Source: a virus | Taxonomy: Duplodnaviria > Caudoviricetes | Direction: 5' to 3' (one strand) | IMG/VR virus record: IMGVR_UViG_2909979649_000004 | DNA: 64,000 bases | The notes under the pieces: model-generated | The model's database searches: none | The model's input: the letters and a program-made list of their open reading frames with translations, nothing else | Told to the model about the DNA's origin: nothing | Position numbers and translations under genes: made by a program | Part shown: in pieces, positions 36,648 through 46,192 of the stretch | How positions within the stretch are numbered: position 1 is the first letter of the stretch | Layout of the letters: each line of letters opens with the position of its first letter

Positions 36648-37517
36648 ATGAGTGTACAAGCGATTGCTTGGGCGTTTACCCTCTCAAACCTTGAACCCAA
36701 TAAAAAAATAGTTTTATTAGCGTTGGCAGATAATGCGAATGATCAGGGTTACTGCTGGCCGGCTATGGATACAATTGCGGAAAAAACATCATTATCACGT
36801 TCAACAGTCAAACGACATATCAAGTCTTTAGCAAAATTAGGTGTATTAACAAAGTTTGAACGAGCCGCTGCTAGTGGTGCAAGCACATCCAATTATTTTT
36901 ATTTACATGTAGGCTGCCAAATTAATTTAAATACCCTCTCTGAAACTGAAGAAAATGAGGGGGATCAAAATGACCCGCCCTTGAATATTGAGGGAGTTCA
37001 AAATGAACTACCTGAAAATATAGGGGGTTCACCAGTGAACCGGGAGGGGTGCACTAGTGACCTGGGGAGGGGTTCACCTGTGACCCCCAAACCATCATTA
37101 GAATCATCATCTACAACGACAACAACTTCGCGCGAGGTCAAAAATTCAGAGCCTGATATTTTTCAAAAAAAATACGAAACCCGAATAAAACCCCAGGGTG
37201 ATCCCATGACGGAGGATTGGAGTCCTGACTGGAAACGAGTAAAAGCCAGTTTAATCCGAGCAGGGATTAATCCTGACTTTGCCAACTTAAAACTTGATGA
37301 GTTTAAGCTCTACTGGATTGGTCGGGGTGATTTGCATCCAGCTTGGACAGCCCGTTTTATTCAACATTTGATAGATCAGTGGCCACGCCATCAAAGGCAA
37401 CAACAGCTTGATCAAGCTTTGGATCAAAAAACCGAGCAGCAAGTAAAACAAATCCAGAAGCAGTGCGAAAACATGCAGTCAGGAGAAGGCTGGATCAACG
37501 ACTTAGGAGACTTTTAG
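36648..37517 (+). CDS. Replication initiator (HTH N-terminus, DnaT-like C-terminus)
   Basis: KIVLLALADNANDQGYCWP, MTEDWSPD, EFKLYW; internal iterons. Confidence 0.85.
   Translation: MSVQAIAWAFTLSNLEPNKKIVLLALADNANDQGYCWPAMDTIAEKTSLSRSTVKRHIKSLAKLGVLTKFERAAASGASTSNYFYLHVGCQINLNTLSETEENEGDQNDPPLNIEGVQNELPENIGGSPVNREGCTSDLGRGSPVTPKPSLESSSTTTTTSREVKNSEPDIFQKKYETRIKPQGDPMTEDWSPDWKRVKASLIRAGINPDFANLKLDEFKLYWIGRGDLHPAWTARFIQHLIDQWPRHQRQQQLDQALDQKTEQQVKQIQKQCENMQSGEGWINDLGDF
36958..37088. repeat. Replication-origin iterons inside the initiator gene
   Basis: Five imperfect GGGGTTCA-N3/4-TGA(A/C)C palindromic repeats. Confidence 0.7.
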
Positions 37518-37519
37518 TC

Positions 37520-38251
37520 ATGGAACAAGTAAACCAAATCGTTTCAAAAATCAATTTTAAACCTGTGCAACAGGATATACACCACAACCAGCAACAAACA
37601 ATCAACCGAGAGCAAACTGAAAAAATCATTAATCAGGTTTTTGAGCGAATGAAATCCATCAGACCCGCTTGGCGGTTGTCATTGCCTGATGATCGAGCAG
37701 AGGCCGTTGCTAAAAAAGAATGGACCAAAGCATTTATCAAAAATGGCATTTTGAGTTTTGAGCAGTTACGCCATGGGTTTGATAAAGCTCGGTCAATTGA
37801 TGATAAATATTTTCCTGCTCCTGGCACGTTCATCAAATGGTGTACACCTCAACCTGAAGATTTGGGATTACCTGAGCCAGAAACGGCTTACCTTGAAGCA
37901 TGCAAGCATGCTCATGAGCTTAACCCTGGCAAAGCTAAATGGACTCACCAAGCCGTATACGAAGCCGCAAAACAAACGGGTTTCTTTGAATTAAAGTCAA
38001 TGGCAGAAAAACACATACTGCCTGTCTTCACCAGAAACTACGACTTTATCACCAAGAAAATACTCAAGGGCGAGCCCATCAGTGATATACCCAAAGCGTT
38101 ACCTGGCCAAGTACAACAAACCATTGCTGAACGAAACAAGGCTTACCACGATGATCAGCAAAAAAAGCAGTTACAAGAAAAAGGGCTGGATCAATTAAAT
38201 AACCCAAAGGACGCAATGAACGAAATATATCGGATGTTGGGCAGGAATTAA
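37520..38251 (+). CDS. Replication protein P-like
   Basis: PAWR, KKEWTKAF, FPAPGTFIKWC, GLPEPETAY motifs. Confidence 0.85.
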   Translation: MEQVNQIVSKINFKPVQQDIHHNQQQTINREQTEKIINQVFERMKSIRPAWRLSLPDDRAEAVAKKEWTKAFIKNGILSFEQLRHGFDKARSIDDKYFPAPGTFIKWCTPQPEDLGLPEPETAYLEACKHAHELNPGKAKWTHQAVYEAAKQTGFFELKSMAEKHILPVFTRNYDFITKKILKGEPISDIPKALPGQVQQTIAERNKAYHDDQQKKQLQEKGLDQLNNPKDAMNEIYRMLGRN

Positions 38252-38400
38252 AAAAAGCACTGCTTCGTCAACGCAGGTTGAGGGAGTAGTGAGTAAAACG
38301 AAGCAATGCACACGGGGGCTACCGTGCAATCAATATGACCCAAGCCAATTATAGAAGTTCACATCTTGTGCTTTATGATTACAAAATGAGGACATGCACC

Positions 38401-38745
38401 ATGTCGATAATGAATGAACTAACTGAAACCATTGGAGAACAAGCAGCTATAAAGCTAGGTCAGTGTCTTGGGGGGGCTAGGGTATACATCCCCCGTGTTA
38501 TAGGCAAGGACCACCTTATCACTTTGGCAGTGGGGCAGGAGTTAGCCAGTAAGATCGCAGTCCGTTTTAAAGGCCAAACCATTAACTTGCCAGCTAAGAA
38601 TGAGTTTAAGACGCTTAGAAACCGAATGGTAAGGCAAGAGTATGAAAAGGTAAAACCAAGGTCAGGTGCTTCTAGAGGAGACCTTATTGCGATTAAGTAT
38701 GGGCTTTCACGAAGACAAGTATTTAATATTACGAAAAATAAATAA
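38401..38745 (+). CDS. Mor/C-family transcription activator
   Basis: GGARVYIP, RN, IAIKYGLSRRQVFNI HTH. Confidence 0.8.
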   Translation: MSIMNELTETIGEQAAIKLGQCLGGARVYIPRVIGKDHLITLAVGQELASKIAVRFKGQTINLPAKNEFKTLRNRMVRQEYEKVKPRSGASRGDLIAIKYGLSRRQVFNITKNK

Positions 38746-38799
38746 AATTTTTATAGATAACTTCTCCTATTCTAAAGCAGTTAATAACATAAAATTGAG

Positions 38800-39612
38800 T
38801 TACGCTAACTTTTGTGTATCAGATGGAGGTGTAGGGCCTTCCATAATTACTAGCACACTCTTTGTATCATTATTTGTTTTTAAATATTGTAAATTGAATT
38901 CTTTAACCCATATTAAATCCATTTTACAATGATGTAGATTAGCTCCTTCTAGATTGGCTCCTTCTAGATTAGCTCCTTCCAGATTAGCCCCTGCTAGGTT
39001 AGCTCCTGCTAGGTTAGCTGCATTTAGTTTAGCTTTGTTTAGGTTAGCTTCTTCTAGGTCAGCTTCTATTAAGTTAGCCAATCTTAGTTTAGCCATCTTT
39101 AGGTTCGCCATCTTTAGGTTCGCCATATTTAGGTTAACTCTTATTAAGAAAGCTCTTTCTAGATTAGCATTGTTTAGGTTAGCTTTATTTAGGTTGGCTT
39201 TGTTTAGTCTAGCCATCTTTAGGTTCGCCATCTTTAGGTTCGCCATATTTAGGTTAGCTCTTATTAAGAAAGCTCTTTCTAGATTAGCATTGTTTAGGTT
39301 AGCATTGATTAGATTAGCATTGTTTAGGTTAGCATTGTTTAGGTTAGCCATTTTTAGGTTCGCTTCTTCTAGATCAGCATTTTCTAAGTCAGCTTTTACT
39401 AGATTAGCTTCTATTAAGTTAGTCATTTTTAGGTTGGCTTCTTTTAGATAAGCCTTTCTCATATTTTCTTTACAAAGATCAATCTGGCTTAAGTTATCTA
39501 AACTTAAACCCCACGCTTCAAGCGCTTCATTGAAAGAAACTTCTGAATTATGTTCTAGTTTATTTACTATTTTCTCAAGTTCGTCGAATAATTCTTTAGG
39601 ATTTGTCAGCAT
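38800..39612 (-). CDS. Pentapeptide-repeat protein
   Basis: More than 30 A(N/D)Lxx repeats; internal DNA duplication 39090-39183 versus 39210-39303. Confidence 0.95.
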   Translation of the reverse strand: MLTNPKELFDELEKIVNKLEHNSEVSFNEALEAWGLSLDNLSQIDLCKENMRKAYLKEANLKMTNLIEANLVKADLENADLEEANLKMANLNNANLNNANLINANLNNANLERAFLIRANLNMANLKMANLKMARLNKANLNKANLNNANLERAFLIRVNLNMANLKMANLKMAKLRLANLIEADLEEANLNKAKLNAANLAGANLAGANLEGANLEGANLEGANLHHCKMDLIWVKEFNLQYLKTNNDTKSVLVIMEGPTPPSDTQKLA

Positions 39613-39637
39613 TAGCTATCCTTCTATCTATAGCAAT

Positions 39638-40363
39638 TTATTGAGAATTTTCAAGATAATACTCATGAGATTTATTGCTGATTAGCTTTGAGATTTTGTT
39701 TCTTAAATATACCTTCACTAAACCACTAAAAGGTATTTTGTACTTAGGGTAATGAGTTATAATAATGTCATTACAATAAACTATAAAGCTCGAATGATAT
39801 TCTAGTGAATGTTCTTCACTCCTAACTATACCTAATTTTTTTTTAGTCAATTTGCCTGACAAAGGATGATTAATCTTTGTAGACTTAAAGCGCCACTCAG
39901 GCTTTTTAGGATTTGATGAGTTTCTCTCAATTATACAAAAATGATTATCGTATTCATATCCTCTAAAGTTACATTCACTAATAGACTTTTTATCCATGCC
40001 TTTATTATCAAAATAAGGTTTTACCCCTTTTATTCCTAGCCCTGTATTTGCTTCGTGAGTCGAAGATCTTTCAGTTGCATTATTTTCATTAAGTTTGTAT
40101 GTCATTTCTAAATCTAGCATATAACTTAATTCGTCTTCAGAATGAATATCAAATTTTGCATTTTTTAATGATAAAACTAAGGTAGCAGCAGTTAATTGAA
40201 AACGGATAGCTCTATCAGTGAGCTTGTTATTTTCTTTGTTTGACCATTTAGCCTCGCAAAATTCCAAGCTGATTTTTAAATGATGTATTTTTTTATGAGG
40301 TACCTTTTCAGAAATAATACTATGATTCACACCTATGTCGCTAGTTGTCGTGTTAGGGGCCAT
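39638..40363 (-). CDS. Hypothetical moron protein upstream of the pentapeptide gene
   Basis: 241-aa AT-rich ORF on the strand opposite the phage operon. Confidence 0.75.
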   Translation of the reverse strand: MAPNTTTSDIGVNHSIISEKVPHKKIHHLKISLEFCEAKWSNKENNKLTDRAIRFQLTAATLVLSLKNAKFDIHSEDELSYMLDLEMTYKLNENNATERSSTHEANTGLGIKGVKPYFDNKGMDKKSISECNFRGYEYDNHFCIIERNSSNPKKPEWRFKSTKINHPLSGKLTKKKLGIVRSEEHSLEYHSSFIVYCNDIIITHYPKYKIPFSGLVKVYLRNKISKLISNKSHEYYLENSQ

Positions 40364-40426
40364 TATTTATATTGCCTTTTAAGAATTATTCTTATAAGTG
40401 GTATAGTCGAATAACATCCAAGGTTC

Positions 40427-40596
40427 AATTTATAATTGATTGATACTAGTAGTCTAACAATAAAGTTTTTTCACCTTGACTTATGCTGTATCTCTAAGAA
40501 TGAGCCAGTATATCAAAGCAGACAGGCATCACCTGTTGCCTTGAGTAGTGAAAGAACTTTTTGGTTGAAGCACTAGTCTACTGTCAATTATAAATT
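40427..40596. repeat. Structured non-coding repeat, copy 2 (full length)
   Basis: Core 40446-40577 matches 19366-19484; flanked by perfect 13-bp inverted repeats AATTTATAATTGA/TCAATTATAAATT. Confidence 0.9.
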
Positions 40597-40614
40597 TACT
40601 ATAATGTAGCTAAA

Positions 40615-40658
40615 GTGCAATATTGCACCTAAACATGCCTTTTTTTTCCCTTCATAAT
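40615..40658 (+). promoter_or_regulatory. Candidate Mor-activated promoter
   Basis: Perfect palindrome GTGCAATATTGCAC centred at -43.5 if CATAAT (40653-40658) is the -10; no -35. Confidence 0.55.
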
Positions 40659-40718
40659 TTACCTAAGCCTCAGTTTTAAACTGGTTTCTTTTTTCAATTT
40701 AGATTCAGGAGCAATAAA

Positions 40719-41081
40719 TTGCTATCTGGACGTACAGTAACCAAAGAGCAGAAACAATTTCATGATACCCTGGCAGAACACGTCGGCTGTATTGCATGCA
40801 GAAAAGCAGGCAGCTACAACAACTGGGTATCAATCCACCATATCGATGGCAGAACTAAAGACCACGCTCATTGGTATGTATTACCCCTATGTGCTGGACA
40901 CCACCAAGACGGAACCGGCCATAACATATTAAAAGGCTGGGCAATCCACCCATACAAGGCACGTTTTGAAAAGCGCTACGGCACCCAACATCAGTCGTAT
41001 ATCGAATGCTTACACCTACTTGCTAAAAACCACTGTCCTCTACCAGAAGGATTAAAAACTTGGATAAGGGAAACAAAATGA
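40719..41081 (+). CDS. Ref-like HNH nuclease
   Basis: GCIACR, IHHIDGR, LPLCAGHHQ, FEKRYG motifs. Confidence 0.8.
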   Translation: MLSGRTVTKEQKQFHDTLAEHVGCIACRKAGSYNNWVSIHHIDGRTKDHAHWYVLPLCAGHHQDGTGHNILKGWAIHPYKARFEKRYGTQHQSYIECLHLLAKNHCPLPEGLKTWIRETK

Positions 41082-41341
41082 CAAGCATCAACTTGCCACT
41101 CATAAAACAGCAGTTTCCAAAATCAATGTTTAAGCAGTTAGTCAAGCCCGCTGTCAGTAAAACCGCAATAAACGTAAAGCCCGGTCAGTGGGTATGGGAA
41201 GACGGAAAAGGCAACACATACAGCCTAGATGGAATAGTTGAATGGCACACCCGCAGTGGACCAGACAATGAAGCTCAAGCCATGTACGAAGTTTATTTAA
41301 AACTAAGCCAATTACATGGCCACGCAGTAGAAAGGTGTTAA
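41078..41341 (+). CDS. Hypothetical protein
   Basis: ATGA overlap with the previous gene. Confidence 0.6.
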   Translation: MTSINLPLIKQQFPKSMFKQLVKPAVSKTAINVKPGQWVWEDGKGNTYSLDGIVEWHTRSGPDNEAQAMYEVYLKLSQLHGHAVERC

Positions 41342-41373
41342 TCAACTAAGGACATAAATAACGGGGGTGAGGT

Positions 41374-41619
41374 ATGAACTGGAAAAAATCAATTTGTCAG
41401 TGTGGATTGGGTGAACAGCATTATCGCTATGATCGAGAAGATTGGGCCGGTGTTACTTACTGTCATGGAAATGACGGTAAAACACTGACTAAGAAATGGA
41501 TCGGTTTTACTCCTGATGGGCAAACCACTAGAGCATACAGGATTCCTGAAAACCTTATGAAAAAGATTGATGATCTTTTCCCTATAACAAAAAAAGAGCT
41601 AATCAGTGAGCAAGCTTGA
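41374..41619 (+). CDS. Hypothetical protein
   Basis: GAGG SD; in operon. Confidence 0.65.
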   Translation: MNWKKSICQCGLGEQHYRYDREDWAGVTYCHGNDGKTLTKKWIGFTPDGQTTRAYRIPENLMKKIDDLFPITKKELISEQA

Positions 41620-41923
41620 AACCACTTTAGAATTTTACTTAAAAGCACACAAGCTACCTAAGCCACTCACTGAATATAGATTCCACCCAACTAGAAAATG
41701 GCGCTTTGACTTCGCCTGGCCAGATAAAAAGTTAGCCGTTGAGGTAGAAGGCGGTGGATGGGTAAACGGAAGACACAACCGAGGCAAGGGCTTTGCCAAC
41801 GACATGGAGAAATACCACGAAGCAATGAGCCTCGGCTGGAACATCTACCGCTGCAACAGCGAGCTAATCCACAGTGGCCGAGCGGTAGAGCTTATACAAA
41901 AGCTGTTGTCTGCTAGTTCCTAG
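41606..41923 (+). CDS. PD-(D/E)xK endonuclease, Vsr/DUF559-like
   Basis: EYRFHPTRKWRFDFAWP, AVEVEGG, DMEKY motifs. Confidence 0.85.
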   Translation: MSKLETTLEFYLKAHKLPKPLTEYRFHPTRKWRFDFAWPDKKLAVEVEGGGWVNGRHNRGKGFANDMEKYHEAMSLGWNIYRCNSELIHSGRAVELIQKLLSASS

Positions 41924-42162
41924 TAGGCGTGCTAGACAGTCTGAGACCGAATTAGGGGGTGAGACACACAACAAACTAAGTACAACGCATTAAGTCTAAA
42001 TCAGTCGCTAATACCTGAATTAGAGCGGCTAACACCAAATCAACAAGCATAAATCAAGAAAACCAACAACAAGAATAAAGCCTCCAATTTGCCGCTACTT
42101 ATCGTGCTAGAGAGGCTAAGACCATATTAGTAAGAACGAATAAACCCTTGAAGGAGTGAAGT

Positions 42163-42735
42163 ATGGTAAATGCAAACGTAATGGCATTATTAGCCCATGG
42201 CAGTATCAATTACGAAGGTGTGCCTGGTGGTACTCCCCAATTAACCGCTGAAGATGTTGCTGGTGCATTAGGTATGGGTAACCTACCACGAGAGGCGTAC
42301 TTATTAGGATTGTTAAAGTATGCAGGTGATAAGACTGTGTTGTATGAGTTGGATACCCTGGTTCAAAAGTATGTGATAGGTGTGGGGGTGAAGGAGAAAT
42401 GGCGCGAACCATGGCCAAATGACAAAAAGCGTTCCCTAATTTTCTTTAAACAATTTGCAAGACAGATGATTAATGAAGTGATAACAGAAAACATTTGTAA
42501 TTCCTGTAAAGGAACAGGTGTTGATCGTCGTTCAAATAAGTATAGAAAATGTAATTGTAATAATGGAAAACGGGAGCCGTTAAAAAAAGACTTAGCTAAA
42601 TTTTGTGGTATGAGTGATAAATGTTGGCGTGAGCGCTGGCACACACGTTATACAGAAACATTAAAGCAAATTCATTATTGGCATGGTCAGGTGCTTTGGC
42701 ATTTAAATGAATTTGTTGAAAAAAAATCAGAATAA
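42163..42735 (+). CDS. Late antiterminator, Q-like
   Basis: CNSCKGTG...CNCNNG zinc finger and C-terminal HTH; precedes a promoter-terminator and the lysis genes. Confidence 0.75.
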   Translation: MVNANVMALLAHGSINYEGVPGGTPQLTAEDVAGALGMGNLPREAYLLGLLKYAGDKTVLYELDTLVQKYVIGVGVKEKWREPWPNDKKRSLIFFKQFARQMINEVITENICNSCKGTGVDRRSNKYRKCNCNNGKREPLKKDLAKFCGMSDKCWRERWHTRYTETLKQIHYWHGQVLWHLNEFVEKKSE

Positions 42736-42738
42736 GTT

Positions 42739-42767
42739 TTGACAGGGTGCGCTGAATTGTGTACTCT
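42739..42767 (+). promoter_or_regulatory. Late promoter, PR'-like
   Basis: TTGACA-17-TACTCT just after Q. Confidence 0.7.
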
Positions 42768-42827
42768 AACTCCAGAATGTATTTTTATGTCTAAATTAAA
42801 GTGCATTCAAGTATAGAAAGTTTCGGG

Positions 42828-42858
42828 AAAAGCCTCATCATTCGATGGGGCTTTTTTT
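42828..42858 (+). terminator. tR'-like terminator
   Basis: AAAAGCCTCATC/GATGGGGCTTTTTTT. Confidence 0.75.
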
Positions 42859-42895
42859 ATGCCTGCAGAAAACCATTTCCCTACTAGATATCACT

Positions 42896-43069
42896 ATGGA
42901 CACTACTAATTTATACGCTGGCTCGCTTGTTAGATTAAAATCAGGCGGGCCAGTAATGACTGTTATTAATGTAAATACTTCAACTGTCGAATGCCGTTGG
43001 TTTGATGGTGCTACCCCACATAAAGACGTATTCCCTAAATCTACTTTAGAGCAAGTTAATTCTTTTTAA
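42896..43069 (+). CDS. YodC/DUF2158 family protein
   Basis: VRLKSGGPVMTV, CRWFDG motifs. Confidence 0.8.
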   Translation: MDTTNLYAGSLVRLKSGGPVMTVINVNTSTVECRWFDGATPHKDVFPKSTLEQVNSF

Positions 43070-43071
43070 CT

Positions 43072-43494
43072 ATGAAAATCACTAAACTCGTTGTGCATTG
43101 TTCTGATACACCAGACGATAGAGATATATCAGCTGAGGATATCCATCGCTGGCATAAAGAACGGGGGTGGGATGGCATCGGATACCATAAAGTGATTAAA
43201 CGTGATGGCACCGTTGAGAATGGACGCCCTGAGTTCTGGCCTGGTGCACATGTTAAAGGCCATAATCAATGTAGCCTGGGTGTTTGCTTAATTGGCCGTA
43301 ACTGCATTACTTCCGGTCAGTTAATTAGCTTAGGAAAAGTAATTGACGATTGGCTATTGAAATATCCTGATGCTGAAGTAGTTGGCCATTGTGGTTTAGA
43401 CCCTGGGAAAACCTGCCCTAACTTTGATGTGCCTGAGTGGTGGATTTCGGTTAAGGATATTAGGAAATATAGCCAGAATGGAGTTAACGATTAG
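43072..43494 (+). CDS. Endolysin, N-acetylmuramoyl-L-alanine amidase (T7 lysozyme-like)
   Basis: VVHCS, IGYH, GAHVKGHN, GH...KTCP motifs. Confidence 0.92.
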   Translation: MKITKLVVHCSDTPDDRDISAEDIHRWHKERGWDGIGYHKVIKRDGTVENGRPEFWPGAHVKGHNQCSLGVCLIGRNCITSGQLISLGKVIDDWLLKYPDAEVVGHCGLDPGKTCPNFDVPEWWISVKDIRKYSQNGVND

Positions 43495-43648
43495 CTTTTT
43501 CATTATTCTTGCAGCCACCTTTATTGGCACTGCATTACCTGCCATTGGTTTATTAATTTACTGTAATCACCAACGCAATAAGTATTCCCAAGACTACTTA
43601 AATAGAAAGTGCAAACTAAATGATAGCCACTATCATCACAGCCGTTAG
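43478..43648 (+). CDS. Small single-TM protein of the lysis module
   Basis: Hydrophobic N-terminus; overlaps both neighbours. Confidence 0.5.
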   Translation: MELTISFFIILAATFIGTALPAIGLLIYCNHQRNKYSQDYLNRKCKLNDSHYHHSR

Positions 43649-44012
43649 TAGTTTATTTCAATCCTATTTAACCAACAAACAACACAAAGCCGAACTTAAG
43701 CAAGCCATCCACCAAAAGCAATTAGACGAAATTCAGCAAGGTAATATCAGTGCTTCAGAGCTAGATTCGTTGAGTATTCAGTCGCGAGGCTGGAAAGATG
43801 ACTTTTTGTTGATTATTACGGTTTTACCCCTAGTCATTTGTTTTTTGCCTGACATGAGTATTTATATTCAGGATGGCTTTGATGCCTTAAAAGCTAGCGT
43901 GCCTGAGTGGTACTTATATGCCTTAGCCCTTGTTTTTATCGATACCTTTGGATTTAGAAGAATACTGCGTAGTGTGTTAGTTCAGTATTTAACGAATAAA
44001 TTTGGTAAATAA
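43620..44012 (+). CDS. Holin-like membrane protein
   Basis: GWKDD, PEWY, FGFR motifs with TM segments. Confidence 0.65.
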   Translation: MIATIITAVSSLFQSYLTNKQHKAELKQAIHQKQLDEIQQGNISASELDSLSIQSRGWKDDFLLIITVLPLVICFLPDMSIYIQDGFDALKASVPEWYLYALALVFIDTFGFRRILRSVLVQYLTNKFGK

Positions 44013-44032
44013 CTGACAACACGGTTAACCAG

Positions 44033-44254
44033 ATGGTAACTGACAAAATCATATCCAATGCCCCTTATGTCGCCAGTGCTGCCACTGTGATTGCAGGTCT
44101 AACACTTAAAGACTGGGGTGTGATAATCGGTATTATTCTGACCACGACTACTGTTGTTGTTAATTGGGTGTATAAGCACCGGCAGGATAAACGAGAGACG
44201 GTTTTGTTTTATCAGCAGGTAAATCGAGGTGGTGCTGATATAGATAAAGAGTAA
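44033..44254 (+). CDS. Holin (two TM segments)
   Basis: DWGVIIGIILT...VNWVYK with charged tail. Confidence 0.7.
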   Translation: MVTDKIISNAPYVASAATVIAGLTLKDWGVIIGIILTTTTVVVNWVYKHRQDKRETVLFYQQVNRGGADIDKE

Positions 44255-44326
44255 GGCTTCCTACAACCCCCAACCTTGCTCACTCTTGTGGGCTTTTTTT
44301 AAAACAATAAAGAAGATAGGTAATTT

Positions 44327-45058
44327 ATGAATATTATTCCTTTCGAATTTAATCACTCATCAATTCGTGTTATCGACAAAAATGGTGAACCTTGGTTTGT
44401 GGCTAAAGATGTTGCAAAACTATTAGGTTATAGCAATCCAAACGCTACAATAGGTCGTCATTGTAAGGGGGTAACGAAACGTTACCTCCCCACCACTAGT
44501 GGAGTTCAAGAGTTAGCGATCATTCCGGAAAGTGATATATTTAGGTTAATTGTTAAATCTAAACTTCCAGAGGCTCAAAAGTTTGAAGAGTGGGTAATGG
44601 GAGAAGTATTGCCAAGTATTCGCAAAACTGGCAGCTATGGACTAACTCAAATTGATTGGTCTAATCCACAACAAATTGCAGGTATCTTGGCTCAATCAAT
44701 GGAAAAAATACAAGAACAAAGCCTGCAAATAGAAGTAATGAAACCGCAAGCAGAGGCCTATCATCGCATTGCTGAATCCGATGGTGCATTGTGCATTACT
44801 AATGCAGCTAAAGACTTACAAGTGAGGCCAAAAGATTTATTTAATTGGTTATCTGAAAATAAATGGATATATCGCCGGACCGGTAATGCCAACTGGATAG
44901 CGTATCAGGATAAAATTCAACGTGGCCTGTTAGAACATAAAGTGACTGAAGTATACCGTTCCGATGGAACAGAAAAGATAGTTGAGCAAGTTAGGGTTAC
45001 CCCAAAAGGACTAACATTTCTAGCAAAACAGTTGAATCAAGCATTATTAGTGCATTAA
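44327..45058 (+). CDS. Bro-N plus ANT/KilA-C antirepressor-family protein
   Basis: GEPWFVAKDV, EVLPSIRKTGSY, AAKDL, QVRVTPKGL motifs. Confidence 0.9.
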   Translation: MNIIPFEFNHSSIRVIDKNGEPWFVAKDVAKLLGYSNPNATIGRHCKGVTKRYLPTTSGVQELAIIPESDIFRLIVKSKLPEAQKFEEWVMGEVLPSIRKTGSYGLTQIDWSNPQQIAGILAQSMEKIQEQSLQIEVMKPQAEAYHRIAESDGALCITNAAKDLQVRPKDLFNWLSENKWIYRRTGNANWIAYQDKIQRGLLEHKVTEVYRSDGTEKIVEQVRVTPKGLTFLAKQLNQALLVH

Positions 45059-45212
45059 TTTAACCAGTAAACTCAAAAGGAAGCTTGCCCACTTCGGTGG
45101 GCTTTTTTTTAGGTATTTATTATGCGATTTATCTTATTAGTCGTTTTAGTCTCTTCACTATTTAATTACTCACTAACTACTACTGACGTAGATAGCAACA
45201 CTAAAGAACATC

Positions 45213-45578
45213 ATGCCTAAGCGCACACCTCGTCCTTGTCGATCATTAGGTTGCAATGGTTTAACCCGAGAAAAACACGGTTATTGTGAGCAACATAAAC
45301 AACAAGCATCAGGCTGGACTCAGTGGCAAAAGAACAAAGGTAATCGTCACCAGCGTGGCTATGGTAAGCCATGGGAAAGACTGCGCAAGCTAGTACTAGA
45401 ACGTGATACTTACTTATGCCAAGCGTGTTTATTAATGAATAAATACACACCTGCGAATAGTGTTGACCACATTAAACCCAAGAGCCAAGGCGGTGATGAT
45501 GCACTTGAAAATCTACAAGCCATTTGTCGTCCTTGTCACCAGAAAAAAACCGATCAAGAAAAAAATTATCGTCGCTAA
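45213..45578 (+). CDS. Packaging-associated HNH endonuclease
   Basis: RGYG, LCQAC, VDHIKP, NLQAICRPCH; precedes terminase. Confidence 0.9.
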   Translation: MPKRTPRPCRSLGCNGLTREKHGYCEQHKQQASGWTQWQKNKGNRHQRGYGKPWERLRKLVLERDTYLCQACLLMNKYTPANSVDHIKPKSQGGDDALENLQAICRPCHQKKTDQEKNYRR

Positions 45579-45646
45579 GACTGCCTGAGAGCCTTTCTAA
45601 GCAATGCTGCCCACAATTAATGGCAAGGTATTAATAATAATGCCAT

Positions 45647-45730
45647 AGGGGGGCGGGGTTAATCTCTGTGGCTTGTAGCTAGGTATCGAGCGTTTCAAGA
45701 ATTTTTTTATTTCCGCGAAATTAAAAATTA
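45647..45730. other. Probable cos region of prophage 2
   Basis: GGGGGGCGGGG...TTTTTATTTCCGCGAAATT between HNH and small terminase, as in HK97-type phages. Confidence 0.5.
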
Positions 45731-45739
45731 CAACATGCG

Positions 45740-46192
45740 ATGGCTAGAGGTCGAAAACCAAAGCCCACCCAGCAGAAGTTACTCGCGGGGAATCCCGGCA
45801 AACGGGCTTTAAATCATGATGAACCGAGTTATGGTGCACTGACTAATGTTGACCCACCTGCCTGGTTGGATGCTACTGCTACAGAGTTGTGGGGCTATCT
45901 AGCCCCGAAGTTAATCAAGAGTGGTGTATTAACTGAAGTTGACTTTCATAACCTGGAAATCTTTTGTACGGCATACGCGCGCTGGCGGGCCGCTGAAGCA
46001 GCGATAGAACAACACGGCATTATGGTCACAGATAACAACGGTAACTTAAAGAAAAGCCCGGCTTGTACCGTGGCGAACGAATCCATTAAACAGGTGGATA
46101 GCTACGGTGCCAAGTTGGGTCTTGATCCTGCCAGTCGTGCTCGATTAGCGGTTGGCCAGCCAGCGGAAGAAACCAACGAATTTAATCTATGA
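45740..46192 (+). CDS. Terminase small subunit, P27 family
   Basis: GRKPKPT, GNPGKR, PPAWL, GLDPASR motifs. Confidence 0.92.
   Translation: MARGRKPKPTQQKLLAGNPGKRALNHDEPSYGALTNVDPPAWLDATATELWGYLAPKLIKSGVLTEVDFHNLEIFCTAYARWRAAEAAIEQHGIMVTDNNGNLKKSPACTVANESIKQVDSYGAKLGLDPASRARLAVGQPAEETNEFNL

Noticed and set aside
36958-37088. Short palindromic repeats as a CRISPR array
   Set aside because: Degenerate, inside a coding region, spacers too short, no cas genes; they fit iterons.
38954-39451. 165-aa repetitive plus-strand ORF
   Set aside because: Antisense shadow of the pentapeptide repeats.
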